DNA from: an uncultured Nitrospiraceae bacterium | Lineage (GTDB): Bacteria; Nitrospirota; Thermodesulfovibrionia; Thermodesulfovibrionales; Dissulfurispiraceae | DNA length: 64,000 bases | NCBI GenBank assembly: GCA_963727805.1 | Contig: CAVSHF010000005.1 | Span: 128,001-192,000, forward strand | Direction of reading: 5' to 3' | Shown here: positions 10,266-20,738 of the stretch, piece by piece | Numbering within the stretch: position 1 is the stretch's first letter | How the letters are laid out: each line of letters begins with the position of its first letter | The notes under the pieces: model-generated | The model's database searches: none | Told to the model about the DNA's origin: nothing | Seen by the model: only the letters and a program-made list of their open reading frames with translations | Made by a program: the position numbers and the translations under genes

Positions 10266-11195
10266 CTATTTCTTACCTCCTCGTTCTCCCTCTGAAAAGG
10301 GATGAGCCTTGTCGTATACGTCGATGAGATGCCCTATGTCGAGATGGGTATATTTCTGGGTGGTCGAAAGGGAAGAATGGCCCAGGAGTTCCTGAATGAC
10401 TCTCAGGTCAGCGCCGCCGATGAGGAGGTGCGTCGCGAAGGTGTGCCTAAGCGTATGGGGGCCGATCTGCCCGTCGATGCCCGTAAGCCTCGCGTATTTC
10501 ACTACTATACGCCTTATTTGCCTGTCGGTCAACCGTTCTCCGCTTTTGTTGAGAAAAAGGGCCGCATCACTGTCGGCAATGGCTTTCCTCTTTTTAAACA
10601 ATACCCGCTCTATCAAATATGACTTCAGCGCATCGATCGCTTTACCACCGACCGGTACAATGCGTTCCTTCTTCCCTTTCCCTCTGACCTTCACAAGCCC
10701 TTCCCTGATATTGAGATCGTCAGTATTCAGTCCCGCAACCTCGCTCACTCTGAGGCCACTTGAGTACAGCAGTTCGAGGATGGCCCTATCGCGCACCGGA
10801 AGAAGCCCAATCCCCTCGGGTGCTTTAACAAGTCCAAAGGCGTCATCCACATCGAGAAAAGAAGGAAGATGCTTAGGCACCTTTGGTGACGGTACCAGCT
10901 TCGCGTAGTTGATTTTTACATACCCTTCCTCGTAAAGATACTTGAAAAAAGACCTAAGCGTTGCAAGCTCCCTCGCAACCGATGATTTCGCCTTGCCCGC
11001 TATCATCTGGTTTGAAAGAAATCCCCTGATGTCGACCATCTCGATATCACCAGGATCAGACGGACAATACATCGCAAAATCCTTGAGGTCCTTCGCATAA
11101 GATCTGAGGGTATGTACAGAGACATCCCTCTCAACCTCAAGGTATTTAAGGAATTTCTTTATGTATGGGTCTAACCCGTTACCGGTATCTGGCAT
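10266..11195 (-). CDS. xerC: Tyrosine recombinase XerC
   Basis: R-K-H-R-H-Y catalytic set (GLRVSE, GKGKKER, HTLRH, LLGH, TQKY) in the conserved trmFO-xerC-hslVU context. Confidence 0.92.
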   Translation of the reverse strand: MPDTGNGLDPYIKKFLKYLEVERDVSVHTLRSYAKDLKDFAMYCPSDPGDIEMVDIRGFLSNQMIAGKAKSSVARELATLRSFFKYLYEEGYVKINYAKLVPSPKVPKHLPSFLDVDDAFGLVKAPEGIGLLPVRDRAILELLYSSGLRVSEVAGLNTDDLNIREGLVKVRGKGKKERIVPVGGKAIDALKSYLIERVLFKKRKAIADSDAALFLNKSGERLTDRQIRRIVVKYARLTGIDGQIGPHTLRHTFATHLLIGGADLRVIQELLGHSSLSTTQKYTHLDIGHLIDVYDKAHPFSEGERGGKK

Positions 11196-11235
11196 GTCAC
11201 CTCTTTTTTAAAGCCAGGGAACACCGCCCCTGCGA

Positions 11236-12591
11236 TCATCCTCCGAAATTATACTCTCTTTTGAGCATCTGAATATACTCTGTCCAGTTTTTCAGCGCGG
11301 TCTCAGCGATTTTTTGTCTACGCAGTTTTTTATCCCTGACACGGGGCGTTCCATCATCTGCAGGTAAAAGTCCAAAGTTTATATTGCTCGGCACGAAATG
11401 ATTTGGGTCCGATTCGGTGAGATGAGCCAGAAGAGAACCGTGGGCCGATGAGCGTGGAGGGGGCGGAAAGTCCTTTCCGACTGACCTCAAAGCAGCGCTC
11501 GTTCCAGCGAGAAGCCCGATGGCCGTTGACTCAATATATCCTTCCACGCCTGTAATCTGTCCCGCAAAATAAAGCGATGGGGCTTCCTTAAGAGACATGT
11601 CCCAGTTGAGATGCCGCGGTGAATTTATATAGGTATTGCGATGAATGCTGCCGAACCTGAAAAACTCAGCATGCTCAAGTCCCGGGATGAGACGAAACAC
11701 CCTCTTTTGCTCAGGCCATTTCAGCCTTGTCTGGAAACCCACCATGTTATAGGCCGTCTGTTCCCTGTTTTCAAGTCGCAACTGGACAACCGCATAGGGA
11801 ATTTTGCCAGTCGCCGGAGTCGGAAGCCCTACGGGCTTAAGTGGGCCGAACCTAAGTGTGTCCTTTCCCCGAAGGGCCATCACCTCCACAGGCATGCATC
11901 CCTCGAATACCTTAGCGTCCTCGAAGTCCCTCGCAGTAACGGAATCAGCCTCCAGCAATGCCTCGAAAAAGGCCTCATACTCCTCTCTATTCATAGGACA
12001 ATTAACGTAGTCCTCTCCGCCCTTGCCGTACCGCGACATGCGATATACTTTGGCTTCGTCGATGCTCTCCGCGTCGATAATCGGGGCGATGGCGTCATAG
12101 AAATGCAGGTGCTCCTCTCCGACGACCGCCTTGATAGCATTGGCCATGGGACCTGAGGTGAGAGGACCTGTTGCAACAATGGTAATCGGGCCTGCCGGAC
12201 TTGACAGTTCTAAGGGGAAAGAGATCACTTCTCCCCTGACAATCTCGATGAGAGGATGTTTTTCGATAGCATCGGTCATATATGCTGAAAAGAGCCCGCG
12301 ATCGACTGCTAGAGCAGATCCTGCGGCGACTCGGGAACTATATGCTGCCTCCATGACCAGCGAGTCCGCGATTTCGAGCTCTCTCTTCAGCAATCCAGGT
12401 CCGGTAGATAATTCCCACGATCGTAACGAATTGGAACAGACGAGTTCAGCAAACCCGGCCGTTTTATGGGCCTCAGTCATCTTGACCGGTCTCATTTCAT
12501 GAAGCCTGACTTTTACCCCAAGCCGTGTTGCCTGCCAGGCCGCCTCGCACCCCGCAAGCCCGCCACCGATAATGGTAATTTCTTTCGTCAT
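11236..12591 (-). CDS. trmFO: Folate/FAD-dependent tRNA (uracil-54) methyltransferase
   Basis: Motifs IGGGLAGCEAA, ELVCSNS, VGFQTRL and AGQITGVEGY. Confidence 0.96.
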   Translation of the reverse strand: MTKEITIIGGGLAGCEAAWQATRLGVKVRLHEMRPVKMTEAHKTAGFAELVCSNSLRSWELSTGPGLLKRELEIADSLVMEAAYSSRVAAGSALAVDRGLFSAYMTDAIEKHPLIEIVRGEVISFPLELSSPAGPITIVATGPLTSGPMANAIKAVVGEEHLHFYDAIAPIIDAESIDEAKVYRMSRYGKGGEDYVNCPMNREEYEAFFEALLEADSVTARDFEDAKVFEGCMPVEVMALRGKDTLRFGPLKPVGLPTPATGKIPYAVVQLRLENREQTAYNMVGFQTRLKWPEQKRVFRLIPGLEHAEFFRFGSIHRNTYINSPRHLNWDMSLKEAPSLYFAGQITGVEGYIESTAIGLLAGTSAALRSVGKDFPPPPRSSAHGSLLAHLTESDPNHFVPSNINFGLLPADDGTPRVRDKKLRRQKIAETALKNWTEYIQMLKREYNFGG

Positions 12592-12688
12592 GCCTTATTG
12601 ATGGCCTTTCTTGAAAAAGAGGGAAGCTCTCCTTTTTCGTCATTGATAATTGACAGCGTCGATAGACTATTGGTATAAATAATAACTT

Positions 12689-13603
12689 ATGGACAACAAA
12701 ACTGAAAAGATTTGGATGGACGGCAAGCTGGTTCCCTGGGACAAAGCAAGCGTCCACGTGCTGACGCATACCCTGCATTACGGCCTCGGGGCCTTTGAGG
12801 GTATCCGTTGTTATAATACCCTGAAGGGTCCGGCCATCTTCCGACTTGACGAGCATGTGTCTCGTCTTTTCCAGACTGCTCACATCTTTCTCATAGATAT
12901 CCCCTATTCGCAGGAAGAAATCAGAAACGCCATTATCAAGACTGTGAAGGTGAACAAGCTTAAAGAGTGTTATATTCGGCCGCTTGTATATATCGGCTAT
13001 GGCGCAATGGGGCTCTATCCGAACGACAATCCAATTAAAGTTTCTATCGCCGCATGGCCGTGGGGCGCCTATCTCGGAGAGGAAGGACTCGAAAAAGGCA
13101 TAAGTGTGAGGGTTTCGTCCTTCATCCGGCATCACGTCAATTCAAATATGTCACGCGGCAAGGTCTGCGGCTACTATGTGACTTCTCAACTCTCCAAGAA
13201 AGAAGCAATCTCGGGAGGTTTCGACGAAGGCTTGCTCCTCGATACCGAAGGCTATGTCTCAGAAGGCAGCGGTGAAAATATTTTTATCGTACGCAACGGA
13301 GCGATAAAAACAACCCCTCTCACTTCCATTCTCGAAGGCATCACCAGAGACAGCATTCTCGCCCTTGCGCGAGATTTTGGCATCCCTACTGAAGAGCAGC
13401 GCTTCACCCGCGATGAAATATATATCTGCGATGAAGCCTTCTTCACCGGCACTGCGGCAGAAGTGACGCCTATTCGTGAACTCGACAATCGCATGATCGG
13501 TAAAGGCACTGCAGGTCCTATCACAAAAAAACTTCAGGCTGCATTCTTCGATATCGTCAAAGGGAATAACAAGAAATTTGAATCCTGGCTCACTTACGTT
13601 TAA
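12689..13603 (+). CDS. ilvE: Branched-chain amino acid aminotransferase
   Basis: Motifs [26 protein letters not shown] and FTGTAAE. Confidence 0.96.
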   Translation: MDNKTEKIWMDGKLVPWDKASVHVLTHTLHYGLGAFEGIRCYNTLKGPAIFRLDEHVSRLFQTAHIFLIDIPYSQEEIRNAIIKTVKVNKLKECYIRPLVYIGYGAMGLYPNDNPIKVSIAAWPWGAYLGEEGLEKGISVRVSSFIRHHVNSNMSRGKVCGYYVTSQLSKKEAISGGFDEGLLLDTEGYVSEGSGENIFIVRNGAIKTTPLTSILEGITRDSILALARDFGIPTEEQRFTRDEIYICDEAFFTGTAAEVTPIRELDNRMIGKGTAGPITKKLQAAFFDIVKGNNKKFESWLTYV

Positions 13604-13623
13604 GCTCCTTTAATTCAGCCATT

Positions 13624-13667
13624 AAAAAAAGGGGTGAACGATCTGATTCGCTCACCCCTTATCTTTT
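13624..13667. terminator. Probable bidirectional intrinsic terminator
   Basis: Stem AAGGGGTGAACGA/TCGCTCACCCCTT with an A-tract on the left and TTATCTTTT on the right, between convergent ilvE and the cytochrome gene. Confidence 0.75.
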
Positions 13668-13678
13668 GTATATAGAGT

Positions 13679-13945
13679 CTACTTCAGTTTCAGCGCTGCT
13701 GCTGCGCCCTTCAGGTCTTCGTCGGTAAGCGGTTTGTGCATACCCTTCTTCGGACCGTCCCTCAAAGTCTTTGTGAGATCGGCGGCCGTGACAACCTTCG
13801 CCCTCTCTATCATTTTGTCCACGGTCTTGTCGCCCTTGTGGCATTTCTCACACTTCTCAATACCTGCCGCAAAACCAAAAGAAGCAAGACCCAGAACAAA
13901 AATCACTGCTACAACTATGGTTACTATCTTCTTCATCCTTTTCAC
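13679..13945 (-). CDS. Small periplasmic monoheme c-type cytochrome
   Basis: Sec signal peptide, a single CEKCH motif, candidate distal ligand in GMH; AGGAGG RBS. Confidence 0.82.
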   Translation of the reverse strand: MKRMKKIVTIVVAVIFVLGLASFGFAAGIEKCEKCHKGDKTVDKMIERAKVVTAADLTKTLRDGPKKGMHKPLTDEDLKGAAAALKLK

Positions 13946-14019
13946 CTCCTTTCAGAATCAGAATTTTTAGCAGATGTTTGACTCTGCGTTTATTAATATT
14001 ATTCTGTTATTAATGTTAT

Positions 14020-14035
14020 AGCAACTATCGTACCA
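14020..14035 (-). promoter_or_regulatory. Sigma54 (-24/-12) promoter candidate for the cytochrome gene
   Basis: Minus strand TGGTAC-GATAG-TTGCT vs consensus TGGCAC-N5-TTGCW, one mismatch, about 75 bp upstream of the start. Confidence 0.65.
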
Positions 14036-14126
14036 ATAATTTAACCATATTATTCATAGTTTTTGCTACTAAAGCTTTTCTAAGTATCCTCTTTTGCGGA
14101 ATTTTCTCCCCATTTAAGAAAGGGAT

Positions 14127-15590
14127 TTATTTACTTAGTTTCTGCTTCAGTAAATCATTGAGCACCTTTGGATTGGCCTTACCCTTAGTCGCTTTCATAA
14201 CCTGCCCGACAAAAAATCCGATCAATTTTTCATCACCGGATTTAAAACGTTCTACCTCTTCAGGATGCTTCGTGATGACTTCATCGACTGCCCTTTGAAT
14301 CTCACCCGTATCACTGATCTGAACAAGTCCTTTTTCCCTCACGATCTCGCCAGCATTTTTGCCGGTCCGGTACATTTCATCAAAAACCATCTTGGCGATC
14401 TTACCGCTTATCGTACCATCTTCAATCAGTTTAAGCATTCCAGCCATCTGCTCAGGCTTAATGAGTATTTCGTCGATTGATTTATTCTCTTCGTTGAGCA
14501 TCCTCATTAGTTCGCCCATCATCCAGTTTGAGACTATCTTAGGATGGCCGCCCGATTGAACAGCCTTTTCGAACCAGTCAGCAACTGCCTTTTCAGAAGT
14601 AATAAGTTCCGCGTCATACTCGGGAAGATTGTGCTGTCCGATAAAACGATTCCTTTTTTCGTCGGGCAATTCCGGCAGCATTGATTTTATTTCATCGATC
14701 CATTGCTGTCCTACTAGGACGGGTGGGAGGTCCGGATCCGGGAAATAGCGGTAATCATGGGCTTCCTCTTTTGAGCGCATGGATTGCGTTATGCCGGCGG
14801 CGGAATCCCAGAGTCTCGTTTCCTGCATAATCTTTCCGCCATCTTCGACAATCCTGGTCTGCCTTTTGATCTCGTATTCAAGGGCCTTTTCGACGAACTT
14901 GAACGAGTTGATATTCTTGAGCTCGGTCCTTGTTCCGAATTCCTCTTGTCCGACGGGCCTGATGGAAATATTGGCGTCACACCGAAGGGAACCCTGTTCC
15001 ATATTACCGTCACAGACCCCGAGATACCTCAGGATGGCCCGCAGCTTTTTCATGTATTCTGCTGCCTCCTTAGGGCTCCTGAGATCAGGTTCCGAGACTA
15101 TCTCCATCAAGGGGATCCCGGTCCGGTTCAGGTCGACAAAACTGTAATCGCCCCGGCCCTCATGAATATTTTTCCCGGCATCCTCTTCCATATGTATCCT
15201 GGTAATACCGATTCTTCTGACTTCGTTATCCACGAGGATCTCGACAAAGCCGCCTTCGCAAAGAGGTAACTCGTACTGACTTATCTGATAATTCTTCGGA
15301 AGGTCGGGATAGAAATAATTCTTCCGCGCAAATCTGCTGTATGAAGCGATTCTACAATTCATCGCCAGTCCTGTCCTGATCGCATACTCGATCGCCTTTC
15401 TGTTCATAACCGGCAGGACACCCGGCATACCGATACAGACCTGGCAGGTTTGTGTGTTCGGCTCGGAGCCAAACTTCGTCGAACACCGGCAGAACATCTT
15501 CGTCTCGGTGAGTAATTGGGCATGGACCTCCAGCCCGATGACTACTTCATATTTCTGAGTTATCTCACTTGTGTCCACCCCGCTGTTCAT
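14127..15590 (-). CDS. gatB: Asp/Glu-tRNA amidotransferase subunit B
   Basis: Motifs [26 protein letters not shown] and [13 protein letters not shown] overlap with the gatA stop. Confidence 0.97.
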   Translation of the reverse strand: MNSGVDTSEITQKYEVVIGLEVHAQLLTETKMFCRCSTKFGSEPNTQTCQVCIGMPGVLPVMNRKAIEYAIRTGLAMNCRIASYSRFARKNYFYPDLPKNYQISQYELPLCEGGFVEILVDNEVRRIGITRIHMEEDAGKNIHEGRGDYSFVDLNRTGIPLMEIVSEPDLRSPKEAAEYMKKLRAILRYLGVCDGNMEQGSLRCDANISIRPVGQEEFGTRTELKNINSFKFVEKALEYEIKRQTRIVEDGGKIMQETRLWDSAAGITQSMRSKEEAHDYRYFPDPDLPPVLVGQQWIDEIKSMLPELPDEKRNRFIGQHNLPEYDAELITSEKAVADWFEKAVQSGGHPKIVSNWMMGELMRMLNEENKSIDEILIKPEQMAGMLKLIEDGTISGKIAKMVFDEMYRTGKNAGEIVREKGLVQISDTGEIQRAVDEVITKHPEEVERFKSGDEKLIGFFVGQVMKATKGKANPKVLNDLLKQKLSK

Positions 15591-17041
15591 AGGGAAGGTC
15601 TCCTCAAGTGCCATTCGGTGCTCTGCTCGTAGGCATATGCCGTTCTCAGGACCGTCTCTTCATCGAAATACTTTCCTATGATCTGGAGCCCAACAGGCAG
15701 ATTGTCCTTCGTGAATCCGCAGGGGACCGAAATGCCGGGCGCCCCAGCGAGGTTCACCGAGATGGTAAAGATATCGGAAAGGTACATCTGGAGTGGATCC
15801 GTCGCCTTTTCCCCAATTTTGAAAGCAGGCGTCGGAGAAGTCGGTGTGACAATCACATCGACCTCTTTAAATGCGTTATCAAAATCACGCCTTATCAGCG
15901 TTCTCACCTGCTGGGCTTTTTTGTAGTAGGCGTCATAATATCCCGAAGAAAGGGCATAGGTGCCTAGCATGATCCGCCTTTTGACCTCTGACCCGAACCC
16001 CTTTGCCCTCGTGTTCATGTACATCTCGATGAGATCCTTTCCTGATTCCCTGAAGCCATACTTCACTCCGTCATAGCGGCCAAGATTAGACGATGCTTCC
16101 GAGGTGGCGAGAATATAATAAGTGGCTATTGCGTAGGCTGTGTGAGGGAGCGACACTTCTATGGCTGTACCGCCGAGGGTTTCTATTTTCCTAATGGCCA
16201 CGTTCACAGCTTCTTGGACATCCTTATCAATGCCTTTAATAAAGAATTCCTTCGGAATGCCGATGCGAAGGCCTTTGATGTCTTTGCCCAAAGCGCCCGC
16301 ATAATCGGGAGTAGCGACGGGTGCCGATGTCGAGTCTAGAGGATCGTGCCCTGCAATAACCGTAAGCATTGCAGCGGCATCCGAGACATTCTTAGTGATC
16401 GGCCCGATCTGGTCGAGAGAGGACGCAAAGGCAACTAGCCCGTATCTCGATACGCGACCATAAGTCGGTTTCAGCCCAACAACCCCGCAAAGCGACGCCG
16501 GCTGTCTTATCGAGCCTCCGGTGTCGGAACCTATAGCCGCGATGCATTCACCTGCAGCCACTGCAGCCGCAGACCCCCCGCTGCTGCCGCCGGGCACGCA
16601 AAGGGGATTCCAAGGGTTTCGAGAAGTATGAAAGCCAGAGTTCTCGGTGGAAGAACCCATGGCGAATTCATCAAGGTTCGTCTTGCCGACGAGGCAGTAT
16701 TTCTGATCTTTCAGTTTGCCAGTAACCGTACTTTCATACGGAGGAACAAAATTATTGAGAATCCTCGACGCACACGTAGTCAGAATTCCTTTGGTGCACA
16801 TATTGTCTTTCACGGCAACAGGAATGCCGGTAAGAAGCGACATTCGGTTTGAAATAATAGCATCCTGGGCCTCTTTAGCCATTTGGCATGCCTCATCCTT
16901 TGTGATGGTTATAAAGGCTTTGACCGTATCTTCGACAGCAGCAATTCGTCTATAGACATCGTCAAGGACTTCCCTAGCGGTAACATCCCGGTTGTCGAGC
17001 AGACGCCTCAATTCCAGGATGGTCATCTCATTGAGTTTCAA
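15587..17041 (-). CDS. gatA: Asp/Glu-tRNA amidotransferase subunit A
   Basis: Amidase signature [27 protein letters not shown] start with AGGAGG RBS. Confidence 0.97.
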   Translation of the reverse strand: MKLNEMTILELRRLLDNRDVTAREVLDDVYRRIAAVEDTVKAFITITKDEACQMAKEAQDAIISNRMSLLTGIPVAVKDNMCTKGILTTCASRILNNFVPPYESTVTGKLKDQKYCLVGKTNLDEFAMGSSTENSGFHTSRNPWNPLCVPGGSSGGSAAAVAAGECIAAIGSDTGGSIRQPASLCGVVGLKPTYGRVSRYGLVAFASSLDQIGPITKNVSDAAAMLTVIAGHDPLDSTSAPVATPDYAGALGKDIKGLRIGIPKEFFIKGIDKDVQEAVNVAIRKIETLGGTAIEVSLPHTAYAIATYYILATSEASSNLGRYDGVKYGFRESGKDLIEMYMNTRAKGFGSEVKRRIMLGTYALSSGYYDAYYKKAQQVRTLIRRDFDNAFKEVDVIVTPTSPTPAFKIGEKATDPLQMYLSDIFTISVNLAGAPGISVPCGFTKDNLPVGLQIIGKYFDEETVLRTAYAYEQSTEWHLRRPSL

Positions 17042-17413
17042 GCAGTCCTCCTGATGTGAATATAATTACCGTCTTTCTCAAATTGAAATTTTATCACTCT
17101 GCTATACTATTTGTAAATAACGTACCTTATAAATCAATGGGTTACAAATGGCATTTTAAGCCTCAAAACGGGGTTAATTGATTGTTCTATAAGGACAATG
17201 GTGCAACTGTCACCAGATAAGAAAAATACTGGGTTGCGGGGCATAGAAAAAAAGTTCATCTACTGCACAATTAGTGGAATATGTTGAAACACATTTTGAA
17301 GGCGACGTATGTCATTAGAGAACAAGAGAGAAAACGGAGAGCCTATAAGAAAAAAAATGGCATTCAAGAGGTCGACGGTTCGATAGTTAGTACAAAAAAA
17401 GCATACCTCAATG

Positions 17414-17692
17414 CTACCTGATGATACTGAGACCCGCCTTATTGTCTTCGACCCAGACCACTTTTGCCTCTACGGAGGGGCGAATAATGTTCACTGTATT
17501 ACCCGTAGCGAGCGGAACACTCGTAACAACGCTTAAGCCGCTTTCGCTCATATCGACTATTTCGCAGCTCCAGGTGTTTCCCTTAGGATCGGTAAATTCG
17601 GTCACTACGGCGCATCTGCGTCTCGACCTATGTCTTTTCTCGCAATGGGAGTTTGCCGGTTGCTTATTGAAAAAGCGTCTCCACATTGCCAT
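17414..17692 (-). CDS. Stand-alone PilZ-domain protein
   Basis: RxxxR motif (EKRHRSRR) and DxSxxG motif (DMSESG); terminal KVVW..GL. Confidence 0.8.
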   Translation of the reverse strand: MAMWRRFFNKQPANSHCEKRHRSRRRCAVVTEFTDPKGNTWSCEIVDMSESGLSVVTSVPLATGNTVNIIRPSVEAKVVWVEDNKAGLSIIR

Positions 17693-18229
17693 AATCAAAT
17701 CCTAGCATATTTTGCGCCAAAAATACATACTAAGCATGAAATTTATTAATTTGGTGATAACGATCGATAGCGTCAAATATCTCGTCAGCATGCTTTTCTT
17801 GTAATCTTCCAGTCTGGAGAGATCTCAAAATCCGGCTTTAACTCGACTGTAACTGACCTCGAAGTCAGAGCGTTGGAGCACTTTTTTAATTTAGCGACGA
17901 AGACGAAGAAATATGATTTGGAAGAATGTTATAAGAAGTGATGCAGCGCTGAAGTGGACGGCTTCAATAAATGCCTCTGCCGCCATTTCATTATTATGTC
18001 TTATTATCGGGAGTAAATCCTCACGCTTTCTGTGATCGTTATCACCGAATCAATAGATTCCTCACCTTTAGGTCTTTGCAGACGTAAATATGGGATTGAT
18101 TTCAACTATAATTTAGGTATAGAAAAGTCATGGATTGCGATCAAGATGCTTATTTTTATCTCTTCTGTTGATCGCATTATGGCACAGTAATCACTCTCTG
18201 CAGTTAAGGAATAAAAGCTTATAAAAAAG

Positions 18230-18532
18230 GTGAGCATCATGTTTAGAAAATACATCAACAGGCGTAAGGATGCCCGTGTTCATACTCAAAAGGCAACGGA
18301 GTTTGTCTTTTGCAAACGCAGATTCGGTGCTATAATGCTTGACACATCAGCATCCGGTATGAAATTATCCTGCGACATACAACTAGGGGTTGGTTCGATT
18401 ATTCATCTGCCTCACCGCTCAGTTTTCGGAAAAATTGTCTGGCGAGACGGTAAGAAAAATTCTATGGGCATCAAGTTTGTAAAAAATACTCCGGTGCGGA
18501 ACGATTTGCCTCTTATCGTTGGGGGGGAGTGA
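18230..18532 (+). CDS. Stand-alone PilZ-domain protein
   Basis: Motifs RRKDAR, DTSASG and GKIVW..MGIKF. Confidence 0.82.
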   Translation: MSIMFRKYINRRKDARVHTQKATEFVFCKRRFGAIMLDTSASGMKLSCDIQLGVGSIIHLPHRSVFGKIVWRDGKKNSMGIKFVKNTPVRNDLPLIVGGE

Positions 18533-18852
18533 ACATGAGCAGCAAAAAACGCATATCGGAAGAAAAGAAAAAACCTAACTCTCGTCAGTCGGTTGTCAAA
18601 AAAGAGCGACGCGAAACGCCGCGTGGCGAGCCTCAAAGTCCAACTGAAGCCCAGTTCGACTACAGCGGGAATAAGTACGCTGACCGCATTCTCGAGGTGT
18701 CGCCCGGTGGGTGCAAAATAACAACTGATGCCCCGCTTAGGGTAGGTGATGTCATCAAGTTCAAAGCGCCGGCCGCAATAAGTGGGCGCGTAGTCTGGAG
18801 CCGGATGGGTTCTTTCGGAATCGAGTTCATCGATGAGACCGCGACAGCATAG
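18529..18852 (+). CDS. Stand-alone PilZ-domain protein
   Basis: Motifs ERRETPR, EVSPGG and GRVVW..FGIEF; overlaps the previous stop. Confidence 0.8.
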   Translation: MNMSSKKRISEEKKKPNSRQSVVKKERRETPRGEPQSPTEAQFDYSGNKYADRILEVSPGGCKITTDAPLRVGDVIKFKAPAAISGRVVWSRMGSFGIEFIDETATA

Positions 18853-18867
18853 AGAAATGAGATAATG

Positions 18868-18914
18868 CCTTGACACGTTAGAGGTCAGGGGTCGGATCCC
18901 CCCATCGCCTACCA
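18868..18914 (+). pseudogene. Degenerate 3' half of tRNA-Val(GAC), probable att-site relic
   Basis: CCTTGACACGTTAGAGGTC-AGGGG-TCGGAT-CCCCCC-ATCGCCT-ACCA contains an anticodon loop, variable loop, mutated T-arm, acceptor 3' strand and CCA. There is no 5' half upstream. Confidence 0.7.
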
Positions 18915-19318
18915 TTCAAACCCTTAACTATCGATGATGTTCAGAAAGTCGGCGCTGTCACAATGCTTCGGCTTTTTCTTTTGAATTACAACCCTATCCT
19001 ACGGTGATATGCGGTTTTGCGGGGTACGTCAGAAAAGTTCACCTTCGGTTCACCATGGGGTCGTCACCTCAGCCGTCCATAGTCCTAAAATATATTGATA
19101 ATTCCTTTACAGAGGAGCAATATATCTTTAACTGAAGGATAATGCGCAAGTTGAGTCTCAAGGCAATTGGTAAAGTTCAAATGACTCTTCGCATACCTGA
19201 AAATCTAATCAAAAAAAACTAACTCTGTCACCAGACTGTCACTGGAAGAAAATCAGCTCTTAAATTATCCCAATAAAACAACATGATATAAGGTTATGTG
19301 ATATACTATTTGTAAATT

Positions 19319-20269
19319 ATGGGAAAAAGTCCAGCACAGGGAACCAAAGAGATTAAAGTGCTCGCCGTCAGCTTGGATAACAAGGCCAAGAGACTTGATA
19401 TTTTTATAGCCGAAAGTATCGGAATCACCCGGTCTCAGGTGCAGAAGCTAATCAAGGAAAGACTCGTCTCAGTCAATGGAAAATTTGAAGCTCCCGCATA
19501 CCGAGTCCGTCTGTCCGACACGGTAGAAATATCCATTCTCAAACAGTGTGGTGAAGCTCTTATTCCTGAAAAACTTCCCCTGAAAATATTTTTCATGGAC
19601 GATTACCTTGCCGTTGTCGATAAACCGGCTGGCATGGTGGTGTATCCTTCTGCGGGGCATGCCGGCGGCACCCTGATGAATGCGGTGGCGTATTATGCGC
19701 CAAAACTTGCATCGATCGGCGGCGGCCTGCGGCCTGGCGTCGTCCATCGACTTGACAAGGATACCTCCGGCGTGATGGTAGTTGCGCTGGATGACGCCGC
19801 TTACTATGATCTCATCGAACAGTTCAAAAAAAGAACGATACACAGAAAATATGTGGCCCTCGTATCAGGCCGTTTAAAAGATGATTCAGGAGAGATTAAG
19901 CTCAAGATCGGCCGATCAGATACGGACAGGAAAAAGATGTCAACGCGCACAAGGTGCGGAAAGGAAGCAATGACGCGCTGGACGGTGCTCAAAAGACTCC
20001 ACCTGGCAACTTTAATTGAGGCAAGACTCGGAACTGGAAGGACGCACCAGATTCGTGTCCATTTTGCAGCTGTAGGCCATCCCGTGCTCGGAGATCGCAC
20101 GTACGGCAAAATAAACAGTGTCGAATTACGGGCTAAAAAAGTCTTTATCCCCCGTCAGATGCTCCATGCCGAGACGCTTGGATTCACCCATCCTTACACC
20201 CAGCAGTTCCTTGAATTCTCTTCGCCGGTCCCTGATGATATCAAGGAATGCATAGAAATTATGAGTTGA
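19319..20269 (+). CDS. rluD: RluA/RluD-family pseudouridine synthase with S4 domain
   Basis: Motifs RLDIFIA (S4), VHRLDKDTSG, TGRTHQIRVH and QMLHA. Confidence 0.92.
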   Translation: MGKSPAQGTKEIKVLAVSLDNKAKRLDIFIAESIGITRSQVQKLIKERLVSVNGKFEAPAYRVRLSDTVEISILKQCGEALIPEKLPLKIFFMDDYLAVVDKPAGMVVYPSAGHAGGTLMNAVAYYAPKLASIGGGLRPGVVHRLDKDTSGVMVVALDDAAYYDLIEQFKKRTIHRKYVALVSGRLKDDSGEIKLKIGRSDTDRKKMSTRTRCGKEAMTRWTVLKRLHLATLIEARLGTGRTHQIRVHFAAVGHPVLGDRTYGKINSVELRAKKVFIPRQMLHAETLGFTHPYTQQFLEFSSPVPDDIKECIEIMS

Positions 20270-20708
20270 AGGGTGAGGTGTATGTTTCCGCGCCTGTTCA
20301 TACACTTTTCTTCGTCGCCGACATAGACCATTTTTTTTCGACTTTCATTGATCTCCCTCACAGGATGTAACATGGACCCTTGTCTCTCGTGTGTCTCTTT
20401 CTCCACAATCAGCCTTTCGCTGATATTTGTGACTAATATCACCAAAATTGCATATTCCTCATTTTGGGTCTTTTATTGTGGATGATTTTTTGCAATAATA
20501 AAGCTGGAAAGTAAAGTGTATCGCGCTGTGATGGGTTCCTTGAAATTAGCCGTTTGCTAGAGTTACTAATGATGCAAATAACGTGCGGCGAAACAAACTA
20601 TACGTCGCCTTGATCTGGTGGTTAAGATAAGGACAGCGTGCACAATGTTAATCACATACTCAATATGGAGAATGAAAAGCCGGGGTTCAGAGTGTCTGTG
20701 CCCTGCAG

Positions 20709-20738
20709 GGAATCAAATGCAGATCTTCATTTGATTCC
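20709..20738. repeat. 30-bp near-perfect palindrome flanked by 8-bp direct repeats
   Basis: GGAATCAAATG-C-AGATCT-T-CATTTGATTCC, with GTGCCCTG at 20698-20705 and 20743-20750. Confidence 0.8.

Noticed and set aside
10266..11195. Tyrosine recombinase as a possible prophage or island integrase
   Set aside because: It sits in the conserved trmFO-xerC-hslVU housekeeping context, with no phage genes or att site beside it.
17700..18230. Possible c-di-GMP riboswitch between the PilZ genes
   Set aside because: I could not find the GEMM hallmarks (GCAAA..GAAA tetraloop..GCAAAGC) on either strand; an Rfam cmscan would settle it.
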